Origin: Kiritimatiellia bacterium
GTDB taxonomy: Bacteria; Verrucomicrobiota; Kiritimatiellia; RFP12; UBA1067
Reading direction: 5' to 3'
Assembly: GCA_050949565.1 (NCBI GenBank)
Contig: JBMNFY010000001.1
Coordinates: 64,001-128,000, forward strand
DNA: 64,000 nt
The notes beneath the pieces are model-generated. The model was not told the DNA's origin, did not search any database, and saw only the letters and a program-made list of their open reading frames with translations. This document shows, piece by piece, positions 1 through 9,917 of the stretch; the first letter of the stretch is position 1, and each line of letters opens with the position of its first letter. The translations under genes were made by a program, and so were the position numbers.

Positions 1-2
1 CT

Positions 3-2921
3 GCGGCGCAATGCGCGTCGTTAGGTCTCGGCTTCTGGACGCCCGAACGCACGCTGTCGCAGTTTGAAGCGCTGCTGTCTCAACTCCGCACCGACGCGAA
101 TCTTGCGGCGATGGCGCGGATGACCGATCGCGAGGCCGACATCTATAGCAAGAAGGGACGCGTCACCTACTTCGCGAACGCTTACCTGCTCGATATTTTC
201 ACGGACACGACCGAACGCTCGCCCACATTCAAGATCCCGCCTTTCCGCAGTGCGAACGATACCACATCGCCGGCGTCGTGGGCGTTTGTGAAGGACCCAT
301 TGCGGCCGACGACCGAAGCGTGGCTACATTTGATCGGCCACACGCCGAACTGTCTAGAGTGGTCGGCCGATACGTACACGCAACTCAAGGCTCCCGACAA
401 GCTCATCAAGAATCCGCCGCAGATTGGGCTCAAAGATCTACACACCTACCTTATCGGCAATGAGCCCGACGCTTCGCGCACCGAGGTCAAACCCAATCTG
501 GCGATGGCGGTGTTGGTGGGCAACAAAGCCGCACTTTTGGATCAAGGCTCTCCGGCCGCGTGGAGCCGGGCTTTCGCTGCCGCCGCTGCGCCCTTTGAAG
601 CGCGGTCCGCCTTGGTGGTGGGCCGCCGCGTACCGTTGGGCTGGCAGGCGGAACTGGTGCATGTGGATGTCGAGGTGCCAACGACGCCATTGCAGCTTTT
701 CGACCACTTGGCGCTGAAGCTGGTGCTCAACAATGTGTCATCAGCAACGATGGGCAAGATGGGGCGTCTGGACAGCAATTGGATGGCGCACGTCGATGCG
801 TCCAACAAGAAACTCATCGACCGCAGTGTGCGGCTGATCGTAGAGCTTGCAGGAGTCGACTACGAGACCGCCTGCATCGCGCTGTTCGAGTCGCTCGAAG
901 AGATGAAGGGGTGGGACGAGGCCCGCCGCAGAACCACCTCGCCGGCGGCGTATACGGTCGCGCGGATTCGAGCGCAAAGCGGTGTCTCAGGGCCGCCTGC
1001 GACCGACTGGCGGCTGGGTCTGGGCGACCTGCGCGGAGCGTTGCGTTTTGTCGGGCCCGAGTCAATGCGCGCGACGAACGTAACCTGCACGGCCGACGCC
1101 GTGACCGGCACATGGAAAGGCCACACCGAGTGCGGCGATGCGTTCACCGTGACGGTCACATGGCGGCGCGCGCCGGATGGTCTGTGGAGCGGTGAATTGG
1201 CTTATGACGGATACAGCGGCAAGCTGTTTGTGGAAGAGATCCATTTTCCGATTCTGTCCGGCGCGTTTGCGGACGGGTCGTCCTTTGTGTTCGGCGGCAC
1301 TGACAGCGGCATCGTGAACTCCGGCGCGGCGTTCTTCAAGCCAGGTGCCAAGCACCGGCGCACCTATTGCGGCGGCATGCAGTTCTCTGCGCTGATCAAT
1401 CCAAACGGGGCGTCGTTCTACTTCGACCATCGCGATCCCAAAGTGGGTAGCAAGGCCTGCGAGCTGTCGATCGCGAAAGAGGGGGGGCGGTTCACCTACG
1501 CGGGTGTCCATGTGGTCGGCCTGCCGGATCAGCCGCCCACCGCTTACCGCATCCCGTACGCCAGCAGTTTCACGCCGTTTACGGGAGGGTGGTTCGAGGC
1601 GGGGCAGATCTACAAAAAGTGGGGGACGGCTCAAGCTTGGCACACGAACCGCAAGGGCGTGAACCCGCTCCGCAAGATCGGCATGTGGGTCTGGAACCGC
1701 GGGCTTATCAAAGACGCGCTGCCGCCGGTCGAGCGGCTGCAAAAAGAGCTGGGTGACATTCCCGTGGCTCTCGACTGGTATTGGTGGCACAGCAACCCGT
1801 ACGACACCGACTACCCCGATTTCTGGCCGCCGCGCGAAGGCGTGGAGGCGTTCCGCGCGGCGGTCGCCCGTCTGAAAAGCCAGGGTATCTTTTCGCAGGT
1901 CTACATCAACGGCGTCTGCTGGGATATGGATGGCAAGACGTGGCAGGAGGGTGGCGAAGAGGGCGTGATCGTGAATCGTGACGGCAAGCCGCGCAACACG
2001 GCCTTCAACAAATACAATCACCATCGGCTCGCCTACATGTGCGGCGAAGCGCCGAAGTTTCAGGATCGCATCGCGACGGTGGTCAAGCATCTGCGGGAGA
2101 GTGGTTTGGATGGGCAATACCTCGACATGATCGGCAACTCGACCATGATCGGCCGCTGCTACAGTCCGCGTCACACCCACCCCAAAGGCGGCGGTTCGTA
2201 CTGCCCCGACGGTTACCGGGCACTGTTGCAACGGTTGAAGCGCGAAAACCCCGGCTTCGCGCTCACGACCGAAGGCGCCAATGAGGCGTATATGGACCTG
2301 ATGGATGGCTCAATCTGTTGCAACGTCACTTCGCTCGAACGGCTCGATGCTATCCCGATGTTCCAGTCGGTCTACCACGGCAAGTATGCGTTCTTCGGTA
2401 ATTACGCCTACCCTGACGGCACGCGGCCGTGGGATCCGCTGTGGCCGCCCGAGGACCGCTGGAAGGAGGAGAAGCCTTGGCACAACCTCTACCCCGACCA
2501 GTTTTATCTGGAGCTCGGCCGCACGGTCGTGTGGGGCGTGCAGCCCATGGTCTGCAACATCAAGGAGAACCTGTTCACGGACCCCGAACTGGCGCCCGCG
2601 CTGCGCTTCACACTGGAAACCGCGCGTTTTTATCATGCCAATATCGAGTTCCTGTTCGACGGCCAGATGCTTTCGCCAGCCGGATTTACCTGCGCGACCG
2701 CTCCGGTCGACTATTTGATCCGTAGCATCTTCACCAAGGAGCATGAGTGCAAGCCGCGCCACGCCGAGATGCCCGCTGTGCTGCATTCCGCTTGGCAGAC
2801 ACCCGATGGCCGGAAGGCACTGATCTTGGTGAACTGGACCCGGTCGGAGCAGTCTTGGACCTTCAACGATCTTTCAGGCAAGCTGCCGTCGCGCTCGTAC
2901 GACAAAGTGCTTCTGCGCTGA
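3..2921 (+). CDS. 5'-truncated fusion: MurQ/GCKR-like sugar-phosphate (SIS-type) region + DUF6259-like putative glycoside hydrolase domain
   Basis: Frame is open from base 3, so the true start lies upstream of the window. LKLVLNNVSSATMGKMGRLDSNWMAHVDASNKKLIDRSVRLI resembles the MurQ C-terminal motif. The C-terminal ~600 aa has a TIM-barrel GH-like pattern (DWYWWHSNPYDTDYPDFWP, DGQYLDMIG, TTEGANE). Confidence 0.6.
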   Translation, partial: AAQCASLGLGFWTPERTLSQFEALLSQLRTDANLAAMARMTDREADIYSKKGRVTYFANAYLLDIFTDTTERSPTFKIPPFRSANDTTSPASWAFVKDPLRPTTEAWLHLIGHTPNCLEWSADTYTQLKAPDKLIKNPPQIGLKDLHTYLIGNEPDASRTEVKPNLAMAVLVGNKAALLDQGSPAAWSRAFAAAAAPFEARSALVVGRRVPLGWQAELVHVDVEVPTTPLQLFDHLALKLVLNNVSSATMGKMGRLDSNWMAHVDASNKKLIDRSVRLIVELAGVDYETACIALFESLEEMKGWDEARRRTTSPAAYTVARIRAQSGVSGPPATDWRLGLGDLRGALRFVGPESMRATNVTCTADAVTGTWKGHTECGDAFTVTVTWRRAPDGLWSGELAYDGYSGKLFVEEIHFPILSGAFADGSSFVFGGTDSGIVNSGAAFFKPGAKHRRTYCGGMQFSALINPNGASFYFDHRDPKVGSKACELSIAKEGGRFTYAGVHVVGLPDQPPTAYRIPYASSFTPFTGGWFEAGQIYKKWGTAQAWHTNRKGVNPLRKIGMWVWNRGLIKDALPPVERLQKELGDIPVALDWYWWHSNPYDTDYPDFWPPREGVEAFRAAVARLKSQGIFSQVYINGVCWDMDGKTWQEGGEEGVIVNRDGKPRNTAFNKYNHHRLAYMCGEAPKFQDRIATVVKHLRESGLDGQYLDMIGNSTMIGRCYSPRHTHPKGGGSYCPDGYRALLQRLKRENPGFALTTEGANEAYMDLMDGSICCNVTSLERLDAIPMFQSVYHGKYAFFGNYAYPDGTRPWDPLWPPEDRWKEEKPWHNLYPDQFYLELGRTVVWGVQPMVCNIKENLFTDPELAPALRFTLETARFYHANIEFLFDGQMLSPAGFTCATAPVDYLIRSIFTKEHECKPRHAEMPAVLHSAWQTPDGRKALILVNWTRSEQSWTFNDLSGKLPSRSYDKVLLR

Positions 2922-2929
2922 CGATTAAC

Positions 2930-3934
2930 TCATTTCTGAACGCGGATGGGGACGCGCCATTCCGGGCGCTCGGGCAGGTTTGTGACGATGACGAGCGCCG
3001 CTCCGGGGGTGACTGTGTTGGTCCCGATGGCAGGCACCTGCACGTGGACCGTGCCGTCGGGGCGCGTTTCAAACGAGGCCTCGCCGCTGGCGCCTTCCAC
3101 GCGAACAGCGGTTATCTGGAACTGGGGGGCGGTGCCGCGTTTTACGATGACGGTCCGGGGGGCGAGGGCCGCTGTCTTCTGGTTGGCCCGATAGGTGAGA
3201 ACCGGTGGATGGATGCGCAAGAGATCCTCCATCCAGGCGTAGACCGGTAGCGAGAGGGGAGCGCGGTCGGCGCATGAAAGCGTCACCGTGATGGTGGCGC
3301 GGTGGGCTCCGGGTGTGGACAGGGTAGGCGGTGCCAGCAGGAGGGATCGTCCATCGGCGCCTAGCGAGACCGGGAACGCGGGGTTGTCCGACACCGCATT
3401 CGTTATGGTGGCCGTCGTCAGGTATCCGCCCAGACGGATCATAGCCGTGGCGGGCGGCGTGTCCGGCGGGAGGCGTCCGAATGAGAAGGCGGACGGCTCC
3501 AGACAGACCGCCGCACGGGCCTCTCCCTGTATCCACAATGTGAGATTGGGGGTCTTGGGGTCATTCGACAGGACCGACACCGTTTTGCGTTGCTGTCCTT
3601 GCAGACCGCGCAGAGCCAAATGGACCTCCAGTATGGTTTCGGCTCCCGGCGCGATCACGCGGGAGGCGGGTTCGGCCCGCGTGCAGCCGCACGAGGTTTG
3701 GATCGACCTGAGATGCAGGTCGGCGGTGCCCGTGTTACGCAGGACAAACCGGTTGGTGACGGTTTCGGCCGCATCGCGCCAACCAAAATCATAGGTTGTG
3801 AGCGGCACCTCCAGACGCGGTGCGGGTGCGGCCGTTGCGGACAGCAGACTCAGACCTGCGACAACAACGACGATCCCACACGGTATCCTTGGGAACAGCC
3901 CAAAAAAACAATGATGGCACTGACCTCTATTCAC
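2930..3934 (-). CDS. DUF1573 / Ig-like domain exported protein
   Basis: Hydrophobic N-terminus; F-x-L-x-N-T-G ... TSCGCT ... SNDP motif typical of DUF1573. True start may be slightly downstream. Confidence 0.7.
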   Translation of the reverse strand: MNRGQCHHCFFGLFPRIPCGIVVVVAGLSLLSATAAPAPRLEVPLTTYDFGWRDAAETVTNRFVLRNTGTADLHLRSIQTSCGCTRAEPASRVIAPGAETILEVHLALRGLQGQQRKTVSVLSNDPKTPNLTLWIQGEARAAVCLEPSAFSFGRLPPDTPPATAMIRLGGYLTTATITNAVSDNPAFPVSLGADGRSLLLAPPTLSTPGAHRATITVTLSCADRAPLSLPVYAWMEDLLRIHPPVLTYRANQKTAALAPRTVIVKRGTAPQFQITAVRVEGASGEASFETRPDGTVHVQVPAIGTNTVTPGAALVIVTNLPERPEWRVPIRVQK

Positions 3935-3992
3935 GCAACCATCATAATACGCCGACGGGATACGCGCAACCTAGCTTGACCTTTCCGGCTCG

Positions 3993-4021
3993 TTGACACG
4001 TTTGGACAGGGGGGGTACGAT
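3993..4021 (+). promoter_or_regulatory. near-consensus sigma70 promoter
   Basis: TTGACA (3993-3998), 17-nt spacer, TACGAT (4016-4021). Confidence 0.6.
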
Positions 4022-4058
4022 CTTCAACCTGTATTGATGCACATGCTGATGTTTCATT

Positions 4059-4111
4059 CGCGCCCGCCAGCCAGCGGCCAGCGCAACGCTGGCCGCTGGC
4101 TGGCGGGCGCG
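4059..4111. repeat. perfect 25-bp stem hairpin overlapping the IS30 right end
   Basis: cgcgcccgccagccagcggccagcg-caa-cgctggccgctggctggcgggcgcg. Confidence 0.85.
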
Positions 4112-5270
4112 CGCTTCCTTCAGGTGCTGAATGAAGGTCATTTTGGCATGAGGGAGGGGGCGGGGAAGGGGATGCGGTCTCGCCCTTTGCTGGAGAATGC
4201 CGCTCACACGGCTGCGGCAAGGAAGGCGCCCATCACCTCCCTCGGCGTCTTCCAGCCGAGACACTTCTTCGGACGGTCGTTCAGGAACTCGTCGATCCGC
4301 CGGAGCTCCGCCGCGCCGATCGATGCGAACGAGGACTTCTTGGGGTACAGGCGCCGGATCAGCCCGTTCGTGTTCTCGTTCGTCCCCCGCTCCCAGGAGT
4401 GGTACGGGGTGGCGAAGAACACGCCGTCCCTCAACTCCAGGGCACAGGATATCTCGGCGTGGCCGGCGAACTCCTTGCCGTTGTCGAACGTGATCCCTGT
4501 GCAGATCACGCCGATCCCTCTGAACAGCCGGATGATCTCGGCGCTGACCACGTCCGCCTCCTTGGTCGGCACCCACCCCACCAGTGCGAACCGGGTCACC
4601 CGCTCCACCAGTGTCACGAGATAGCCCGTCCCGGCCGCGCCGGCCACGAGGTCGCCCTCCCAGTGCCCCGGCACGACACGCAGCCCGACTTCCGGCGGCC
4701 GCGTCTCGATCCCGCGCCGGCCGGGGATCACGCCCCGCCCGCGCCCCTCCTGGCGGGGGCAGCGCCGCTTGCGCCTGCGCTTCGCGCGCGCCAGATGCGT
4801 CCAAAGATCGCCGCCCGCCTTCGCGTCTGCATACACGTGCTTGTAGATCGTCTCCTTGCACACGTGCGCGCGGCCCTCCAACCCGGCCCGCCCGCAGATC
4901 GCCTCGGGAGACCACCCCAGCCGGAGCTTCTCCTCCGCGTAGCGCCGAACCTCTTCAGTGAACCGCCTCGGACCGGGACGCTTCGCCCGCTCCACGGCCT
5001 TCCGGTGCGCCTGGCGGGGCCGGTAGCCCCGCTGCCCGGCGTTTCGCTTCACTTCGCGGCTCACCGTGCTCTTGTGGCGACCCAGTTGCCGCGCTATCTC
5101 GTTGATGCCTTTTCCGGCTTGCCTCAAAGCGTAAATCTGGTTACGCTCTCCCTCGGTCACGCGTTCGTAAGACACTTTTGTCTCCTTCCTGTTTACCGCA
5201 TGAAGGAAGTGTACTTCAACGCGTGGCCGCTTTCAAAACTTTAGGTGTTGCGCTGGCCGGTCGCGCGCGC
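4064..5270 (-). mobile_element. IS30-family insertion sequence (ends approximate)
   Basis: Encodes an IS30 transposase. Imperfect terminal IRs share the core cggccagcgcaac (4075-4087) / gttgcgctggccg (5247-5259). Target duplication not resolvable. Confidence 0.75.
4204..5175 (-). CDS. IS30-family transposase
   Basis: N-terminal HTH (IARQLGRHKSTVSREVKRN), WSPEAI, GHWEGDLV, TFDNGKEFA, PYHSWERGTNENTNGLIR, LNDRPKKCLGWKTP. DDE intact. Confidence 0.95.
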   Translation of the reverse strand: MSYERVTEGERNQIYALRQAGKGINEIARQLGRHKSTVSREVKRNAGQRGYRPRQAHRKAVERAKRPGPRRFTEEVRRYAEEKLRLGWSPEAICGRAGLEGRAHVCKETIYKHVYADAKAGGDLWTHLARAKRRRKRRCPRQEGRGRGVIPGRRGIETRPPEVGLRVVPGHWEGDLVAGAAGTGYLVTLVERVTRFALVGWVPTKEADVVSAEIIRLFRGIGVICTGITFDNGKEFAGHAEISCALELRDGVFFATPYHSWERGTNENTNGLIRRLYPKKSSFASIGAAELRRIDEFLNDRPKKCLGWKTPREVMGAFLAAAV

Positions 5271-5294
5271 GGCGCGATGTGAAAGGAGAACCTG

Positions 5295-6581
5295 TTGTCT
5301 ATGATCCGTTTGCGCCTGTTGGTTGGTAGCATTGCGCTGTATGCGTGTTTCTGTGGTGCGCAGGAGTGCGGACTGGGAGCCTCGCTCCAGGCTTGCGCCG
5401 ACGCCGCGTGGCACACAAGCTGGAACCGATTCTACAAGCCCGAAACGCACCTCTTCTACGATTATCTCACCAGCTATGAGCGCGGCAAAGAACTGGCGCA
5501 CCTGCCTTCGGTTGACGAGGTGCGCCGGCAGGTTCCCAACAACTGCGGCTACGGCACGGGCATGGAAGACGGTATGATTTCGGCCGGCGTCATGCTGGAC
5601 ACGGTGGTTGACCGTTATGCCGTCACCGGCGAGACGAATCTGTCAGCGTGCGCTCGCGAGATTGTGAAGGGTATCCGCCTCTGCACGTTCGGTCACGGCT
5701 TCACGGGCTTCGTCGCGCGCGCGGTCTGTCACGAGGATTTGACGAGTATCTACATCTCTTCGTCGCGTGATCAGTACACACATGCGGTGCATGGCCTCTG
5801 GCGCTATGCGCGTAGCCCGCTCGCAGACGAGGCGGATTGCAAGCAGGCCGCCGAGATTTTGGAGGCAATCGCCGACCGCATGTTGTGCAACGTGACCCCC
5901 GAAAACGACTACGATTCGCTACGTGCCGACGGCACACGTGACGATCGTGGCATCAGCACCATGTGGAACGTACAGGGTCACGAAGCGGCACGTCTACCGA
6001 TGATCTACGCCGCCGCCTGGGACCTGACGCGGCGTCCGGTCTATTATGAGGCTTACCGGCGTTACATAGCACCGGCGATTGAGCAGTCGTTGGCCTTTGA
6101 CTGCAAGCGTACAAGCTCATGGGGACTGACGCAGATGCAGGGCTCGCTGGAACTGTTGGACGCCTTAGAGACCGACCCCGCGATCAAAAAACAGATCGGT
6201 GAAGCGATGCAGCGCGTGTCGGCCTGCTGCGCCCCACGAGCGTCCGCCGCAGTCAAGCGTAGCGATACCCTTGACTTGCAGGCTATCGCCCCCGACTGGC
6301 GTGTGAGCGGTGGGCTGGTCAATCCTTATCGCCGCTCTTGGTATGTGGTGCGCGAAGTCGGCGAGATGCTGATTGCGATATTGATGGACGAGCGCCGTGC
6401 CGTGACTGAGACGGCGCAGCGCGACCTGGCCGCGATGTTGCACAAACTTGACTACAACCGTGTCTCGACCTGCGGCATTTTCCATTTGCAGAGTGCCTAT
6501 TGGAAGGCGCGCCGTCGCGGACTGTTTCAACACATGCAACAAGTGGATACCAATCGCAGAGAGAATGAGGGGGAACGATGA
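5295..6581 (+). CDS. secreted hypothetical protein, possible (alpha/alpha)-barrel glycoside hydrolase-like
   Basis: Signal-peptide-like N-terminus, SD aaggag upstream, helical aromatic-rich body (SSRDQYTH); coupled to the next gene. Confidence 0.5.
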   Translation: MSMIRLRLLVGSIALYACFCGAQECGLGASLQACADAAWHTSWNRFYKPETHLFYDYLTSYERGKELAHLPSVDEVRRQVPNNCGYGTGMEDGMISAGVMLDTVVDRYAVTGETNLSACAREIVKGIRLCTFGHGFTGFVARAVCHEDLTSIYISSSRDQYTHAVHGLWRYARSPLADEADCKQAAEILEAIADRMLCNVTPENDYDSLRADGTRDDRGISTMWNVQGHEAARLPMIYAAAWDLTRRPVYYEAYRRYIAPAIEQSLAFDCKRTSSWGLTQMQGSLELLDALETDPAIKKQIGEAMQRVSACCAPRASAAVKRSDTLDLQAIAPDWRVSGGLVNPYRRSWYVVREVGEMLIAILMDERRAVTETAQRDLAAMLHKLDYNRVSTCGIFHLQSAYWKARRRGLFQHMQQVDTNRRENEGER

Positions 6582-9469
6582 TGCGGTTCATACGCGGGAT
6601 TACGGCTCTTGTCGGATGTGCGGTTTTCGTGACGGCTGGCGGAGACGCTTGGATGGCAGCGGCGCAAAATCTGCCGAAGGACACCCTGCAGGACCTTGGC
6701 GCGCCGCCCCCGCAACCGGGCGATGAAGCGTGGACCTTCATCGAGGACCTCAAGTTACCTTTGTGGGGCAACGGCCTAGGCTGGAGCCAGCGGGCGGTGG
6801 CGGCGGACGAGGCGGACCTGAGTCGCGGCGTGCGCGTCAACGCGACCTTCCCGGATGTCGAAGGGGTGCTCAAAACGGCCTATGCTGATCTGGCGGACTT
6901 CTGCGCGGCCGCGAAGCTGCCTGCTGACGGCCCGTATGTGATTGAAACGGCAAAGGCGCAGACCCCGGTTTTTGAGGCTTACCGGATCGAGGTCGCCGCA
7001 GACCGCTGCCGGATTTTGGCTGCTGACACGGAGGGCATCCGGCGCGGCATATTCAAGGTCGAGGATATGATGCGCGAGGCTGGCGGGCCATTCCTTAAAC
7101 TGGGGACGGTTGAGCGCAAGCCCTTCATCAAGTCCCGCATCTCCCGTTGTTTCTTCGGCCCGATCAAGCGTCCGCCGCGTTACCGCGATGAACTCATGGA
7201 CGATGTTGATTATTACCCCGACCAGTACCTCAATCGGCTTGCACACGAAGGGATCAACGGATTGTGGCTCACGATCACGTTTCAGGACCTGTGCAAGACG
7301 AGTGTGGCTCCAGAGTATGGGGAGCACGCCGAGCGTCGTCTGGCCAAGCTCCGCAAGACGGTTGAACAGTGTCGGCGCTACGGTATCCGCATTTACATTT
7401 TTTCGATTGAGCCAAAAGCCTGGGAAGCCGACTCGCCGATTGTCAAACGGCATCCGGAACTCGGGCGCGACCGTATCGGGAACACCCGGCCGTTCTGTCC
7501 ATGGTCTGATATCTCGGAGCGCTATCTCTATGAATCGACGCATTTCATCTTTTCGCAGGTTCCCAACTTGGGCGGACTGATCAACATCAGCCACGGCGAG
7601 CGCCGCACGAACTGCCAGAGCGTGATTCTTCCGACTAGTGACCGGCGTTCATCCTGTCCGGTCTGTTCAACGAAGGAGCCGTGGGAGAACATTTACGCGA
7701 CTCTGACGCCCATGGCCAAAGGCATGCACGATGCCAATCCCGACGCGCACTTCATCGCCTGGTTCTACATGCCGCAAGACGATCCGCCCGCCGATTGGGT
7801 TTATGAACTTCCCAAGCACTGCCCGGAGCATATCACGGTGCAGTTCAACTTCGAATCGGGCGTGACCAAGGATGTGTTCGGCCGCGGCCGCAGAGGTGCG
7901 GACTACTGGATATCTACGCCGGGGCCGAGTCGGCGGTACGAGCGGCTGGCATCATTCGCGAAAGAGGCGGGCACGCCGATGTCGGCTAAGATTCAGACCG
8001 GTTGCTCGCACGAGGTGGCCACGATCCCGTTTGTCCCGGTGCCCGGGATGCTCTACCGCAAGTTCAGCGCGATGCATGAACTGGACGTTTCTAATGTGAT
8101 GCTCTGCTGGTATTTCGGCAACTACCCCGGCATCATGAACCGTGCGGCGGGTGAGCTTTCATTTGAGCCGTTCCCGGAGACCGAGGCAGCGTTTATGAGC
8201 CGTTTGGTCGGGCCGGAGTGGGGACGGCATGCTGAAACGGTCGCGCGTGCCATGACGCTTTTCACCGAGGGGTACGGTCATTATCCGCTGGTCACTGAAT
8301 TTCAGTATTGGGGACCCATGCATGACGGCGTTGTCTGGCCGTTGTTACTGCGGCCCCGCGATGTGCCGCTCGCGCCGACATGGCAGATCGCCTGGCACAC
8401 GGGCCAGCATATCGGAACGCCGTTCGCGCCGAGCGGCGACCGGATCGGCGAGGCGCTAGGCCAGGTTTATACCTTGTCGGAGGCGATTGAAGAGTGCCGG
8501 GTCATGAGCGACCTATGGGATCAAGGCGTGGCGCTGCTTCGTTCGGTAGAGGCCGATCCCGGCCTGCTGCCCGAGCGGCGGCTGGATATTGGCGTGGCCC
8601 GGGCATTGGGGATTCAGTTCCGCAGCGGTCTGAACATTCTCCGGTTTTATGATCTGCGCGAACGCATGGTGAACGAGCCGCCGGAGAAGCAGTTGGTGAC
8701 CCTCAAGGAGATGCGGCGCATTGTGGAGGAGGAGCACAAAAGCGGTACGGAGTTGATCAGCCTGTGTGAACGCGATTCGCGTCTGGGATTCCACTCCGAG
8801 GCCGAGGGATACAAGTACTTCCCTGAAAAAATCCGCTGGCGCATGAACCAGTTGAAGAACGTGCTCGAAAAAGAGATTCCGGTGCTTGAACGCGAGATCA
8901 CCTCCGGCAAGGATGTGTTCGCGGTGTACGCCGGACGTACGCCAGCCGGTGTGTCGTTGCATTCGCGTTACTGCGGTGAGATCGGCGACCGGATTCGCGA
9001 ACTTTCCAAAAGTCTTCCTGAGGATACGGCTTGGCAAGTGTGCGAGAAACCCTCGCCCCGCACGACCGGCGCCAAAAACTTCCGCTGGACCGTCTGCCAC
9101 GACCGCGATGCCTTTTATGTGGTGTATGACGGTGCGGATAAATCGGATCGGATCATGTTGATGCTGGAGCCGCGCCGTCTCTGGACATGCCTCCGATATG
9201 ACATGTCCGGTTCGGGAGAGAAATTATCGCAACACTCACATAAGCACGATGTGTACGCGCGGGAGGGTGCCAACGGCTGGCAGGGATGGATGCGCTTGCC
9301 CTTTGTTTCGCTCGGCATGGATGCTGCGGCACCGGCCGCATTGCGGATCAACGTCCGGCATGTGTCAGGCGGCGGCGAACGTTCATGGATCGCACGCGAT
9401 CCGTGGCCCTACAGGCTCCGGTTGTGCAATGAAAACCCCGAGGATCTCGGCTGGCTGTTTTTCAAGTAG
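6578..9469 (+). CDS. large secreted hypothetical protein with GH20/GH67-like N-terminal alpha/beta domain
   Basis: Signal peptide; EAYRIEV...ILAADTEGIRRG...KPFIKSR pattern; ATGA overlap with the previous gene. Confidence 0.5.
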   Translation: MMRFIRGITALVGCAVFVTAGGDAWMAAAQNLPKDTLQDLGAPPPQPGDEAWTFIEDLKLPLWGNGLGWSQRAVAADEADLSRGVRVNATFPDVEGVLKTAYADLADFCAAAKLPADGPYVIETAKAQTPVFEAYRIEVAADRCRILAADTEGIRRGIFKVEDMMREAGGPFLKLGTVERKPFIKSRISRCFFGPIKRPPRYRDELMDDVDYYPDQYLNRLAHEGINGLWLTITFQDLCKTSVAPEYGEHAERRLAKLRKTVEQCRRYGIRIYIFSIEPKAWEADSPIVKRHPELGRDRIGNTRPFCPWSDISERYLYESTHFIFSQVPNLGGLINISHGERRTNCQSVILPTSDRRSSCPVCSTKEPWENIYATLTPMAKGMHDANPDAHFIAWFYMPQDDPPADWVYELPKHCPEHITVQFNFESGVTKDVFGRGRRGADYWISTPGPSRRYERLASFAKEAGTPMSAKIQTGCSHEVATIPFVPVPGMLYRKFSAMHELDVSNVMLCWYFGNYPGIMNRAAGELSFEPFPETEAAFMSRLVGPEWGRHAETVARAMTLFTEGYGHYPLVTEFQYWGPMHDGVVWPLLLRPRDVPLAPTWQIAWHTGQHIGTPFAPSGDRIGEALGQVYTLSEAIEECRVMSDLWDQGVALLRSVEADPGLLPERRLDIGVARALGIQFRSGLNILRFYDLRERMVNEPPEKQLVTLKEMRRIVEEEHKSGTELISLCERDSRLGFHSEAEGYKYFPEKIRWRMNQLKNVLEKEIPVLEREITSGKDVFAVYAGRTPAGVSLHSRYCGEIGDRIRELSKSLPEDTAWQVCEKPSPRTTGAKNFRWTVCHDRDAFYVVYDGADKSDRIMLMLEPRRLWTCLRYDMSGSGEKLSQHSHKHDVYAREGANGWQGWMRLPFVSLGMDAAAPAALRINVRHVSGGGERSWIARDPWPYRLRLCNENPEDLGWLFFK

Positions 9470-9592
9470 GTGCGCACCGTTGCCTTAAACAGGCTTGAGA
9501 CGTACGGCAGGGTGTATTAAACTACTCGCCAAGTAAACCAGATCAGTCCGCGTGGAAAATGCGCGGACGCAACCATTTGAGGAGTTGGACAC

Positions 9593-9910
9593 ATGGGTAT
9601 GCTCGACCAGGTCAAGCAGGCGATGCAGATGCGTAAGGAAGCCAAGCGCATTCAGTCGGAAATTGAGAAGATCACCTTTGAATATGCTAACGGCGGCATC
9701 ACTTGCGTGGCGCGCGGCGATTTCACGATCGTATCGATCAAGGTGACACCGGAGGCGCTGCAGGAGGTCATTGCCGGCAAGCCGGAACGTTTCGAGACGA
9801 TGCTCAATAACGTGGTCAACGGCGCTCTCAAAGGGGTCAAGAAGCAGACGCAGGAAGCCATGGCCAAGATGATGCAGGGATCGGGCATGGGCGACATGTT
9901 CGGAGGCTGA
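9593..9910 (+). CDS. ybaB: YbaB/EbfC nucleoid-associated protein
   Basis: KQAMQMRKE...NGGITCVARGD; immediately upstream of recR; SD ggag. Confidence 0.9.
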   Translation: MGMLDQVKQAMQMRKEAKRIQSEIEKITFEYANGGITCVARGDFTIVSIKVTPEALQEVIAGKPERFETMLNNVVNGALKGVKKQTQEAMAKMMQGSGMGDMFGG

Positions 9911-9917
9911 AACCGTC

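Noticed and set aside
9470-9592. SRP RNA (ffs) or other ncRNA upstream of ybaB-recR
   Set aside because: No recognisable SRP domain IV motif; no tRNA or rRNA recognised anywhere in the window.
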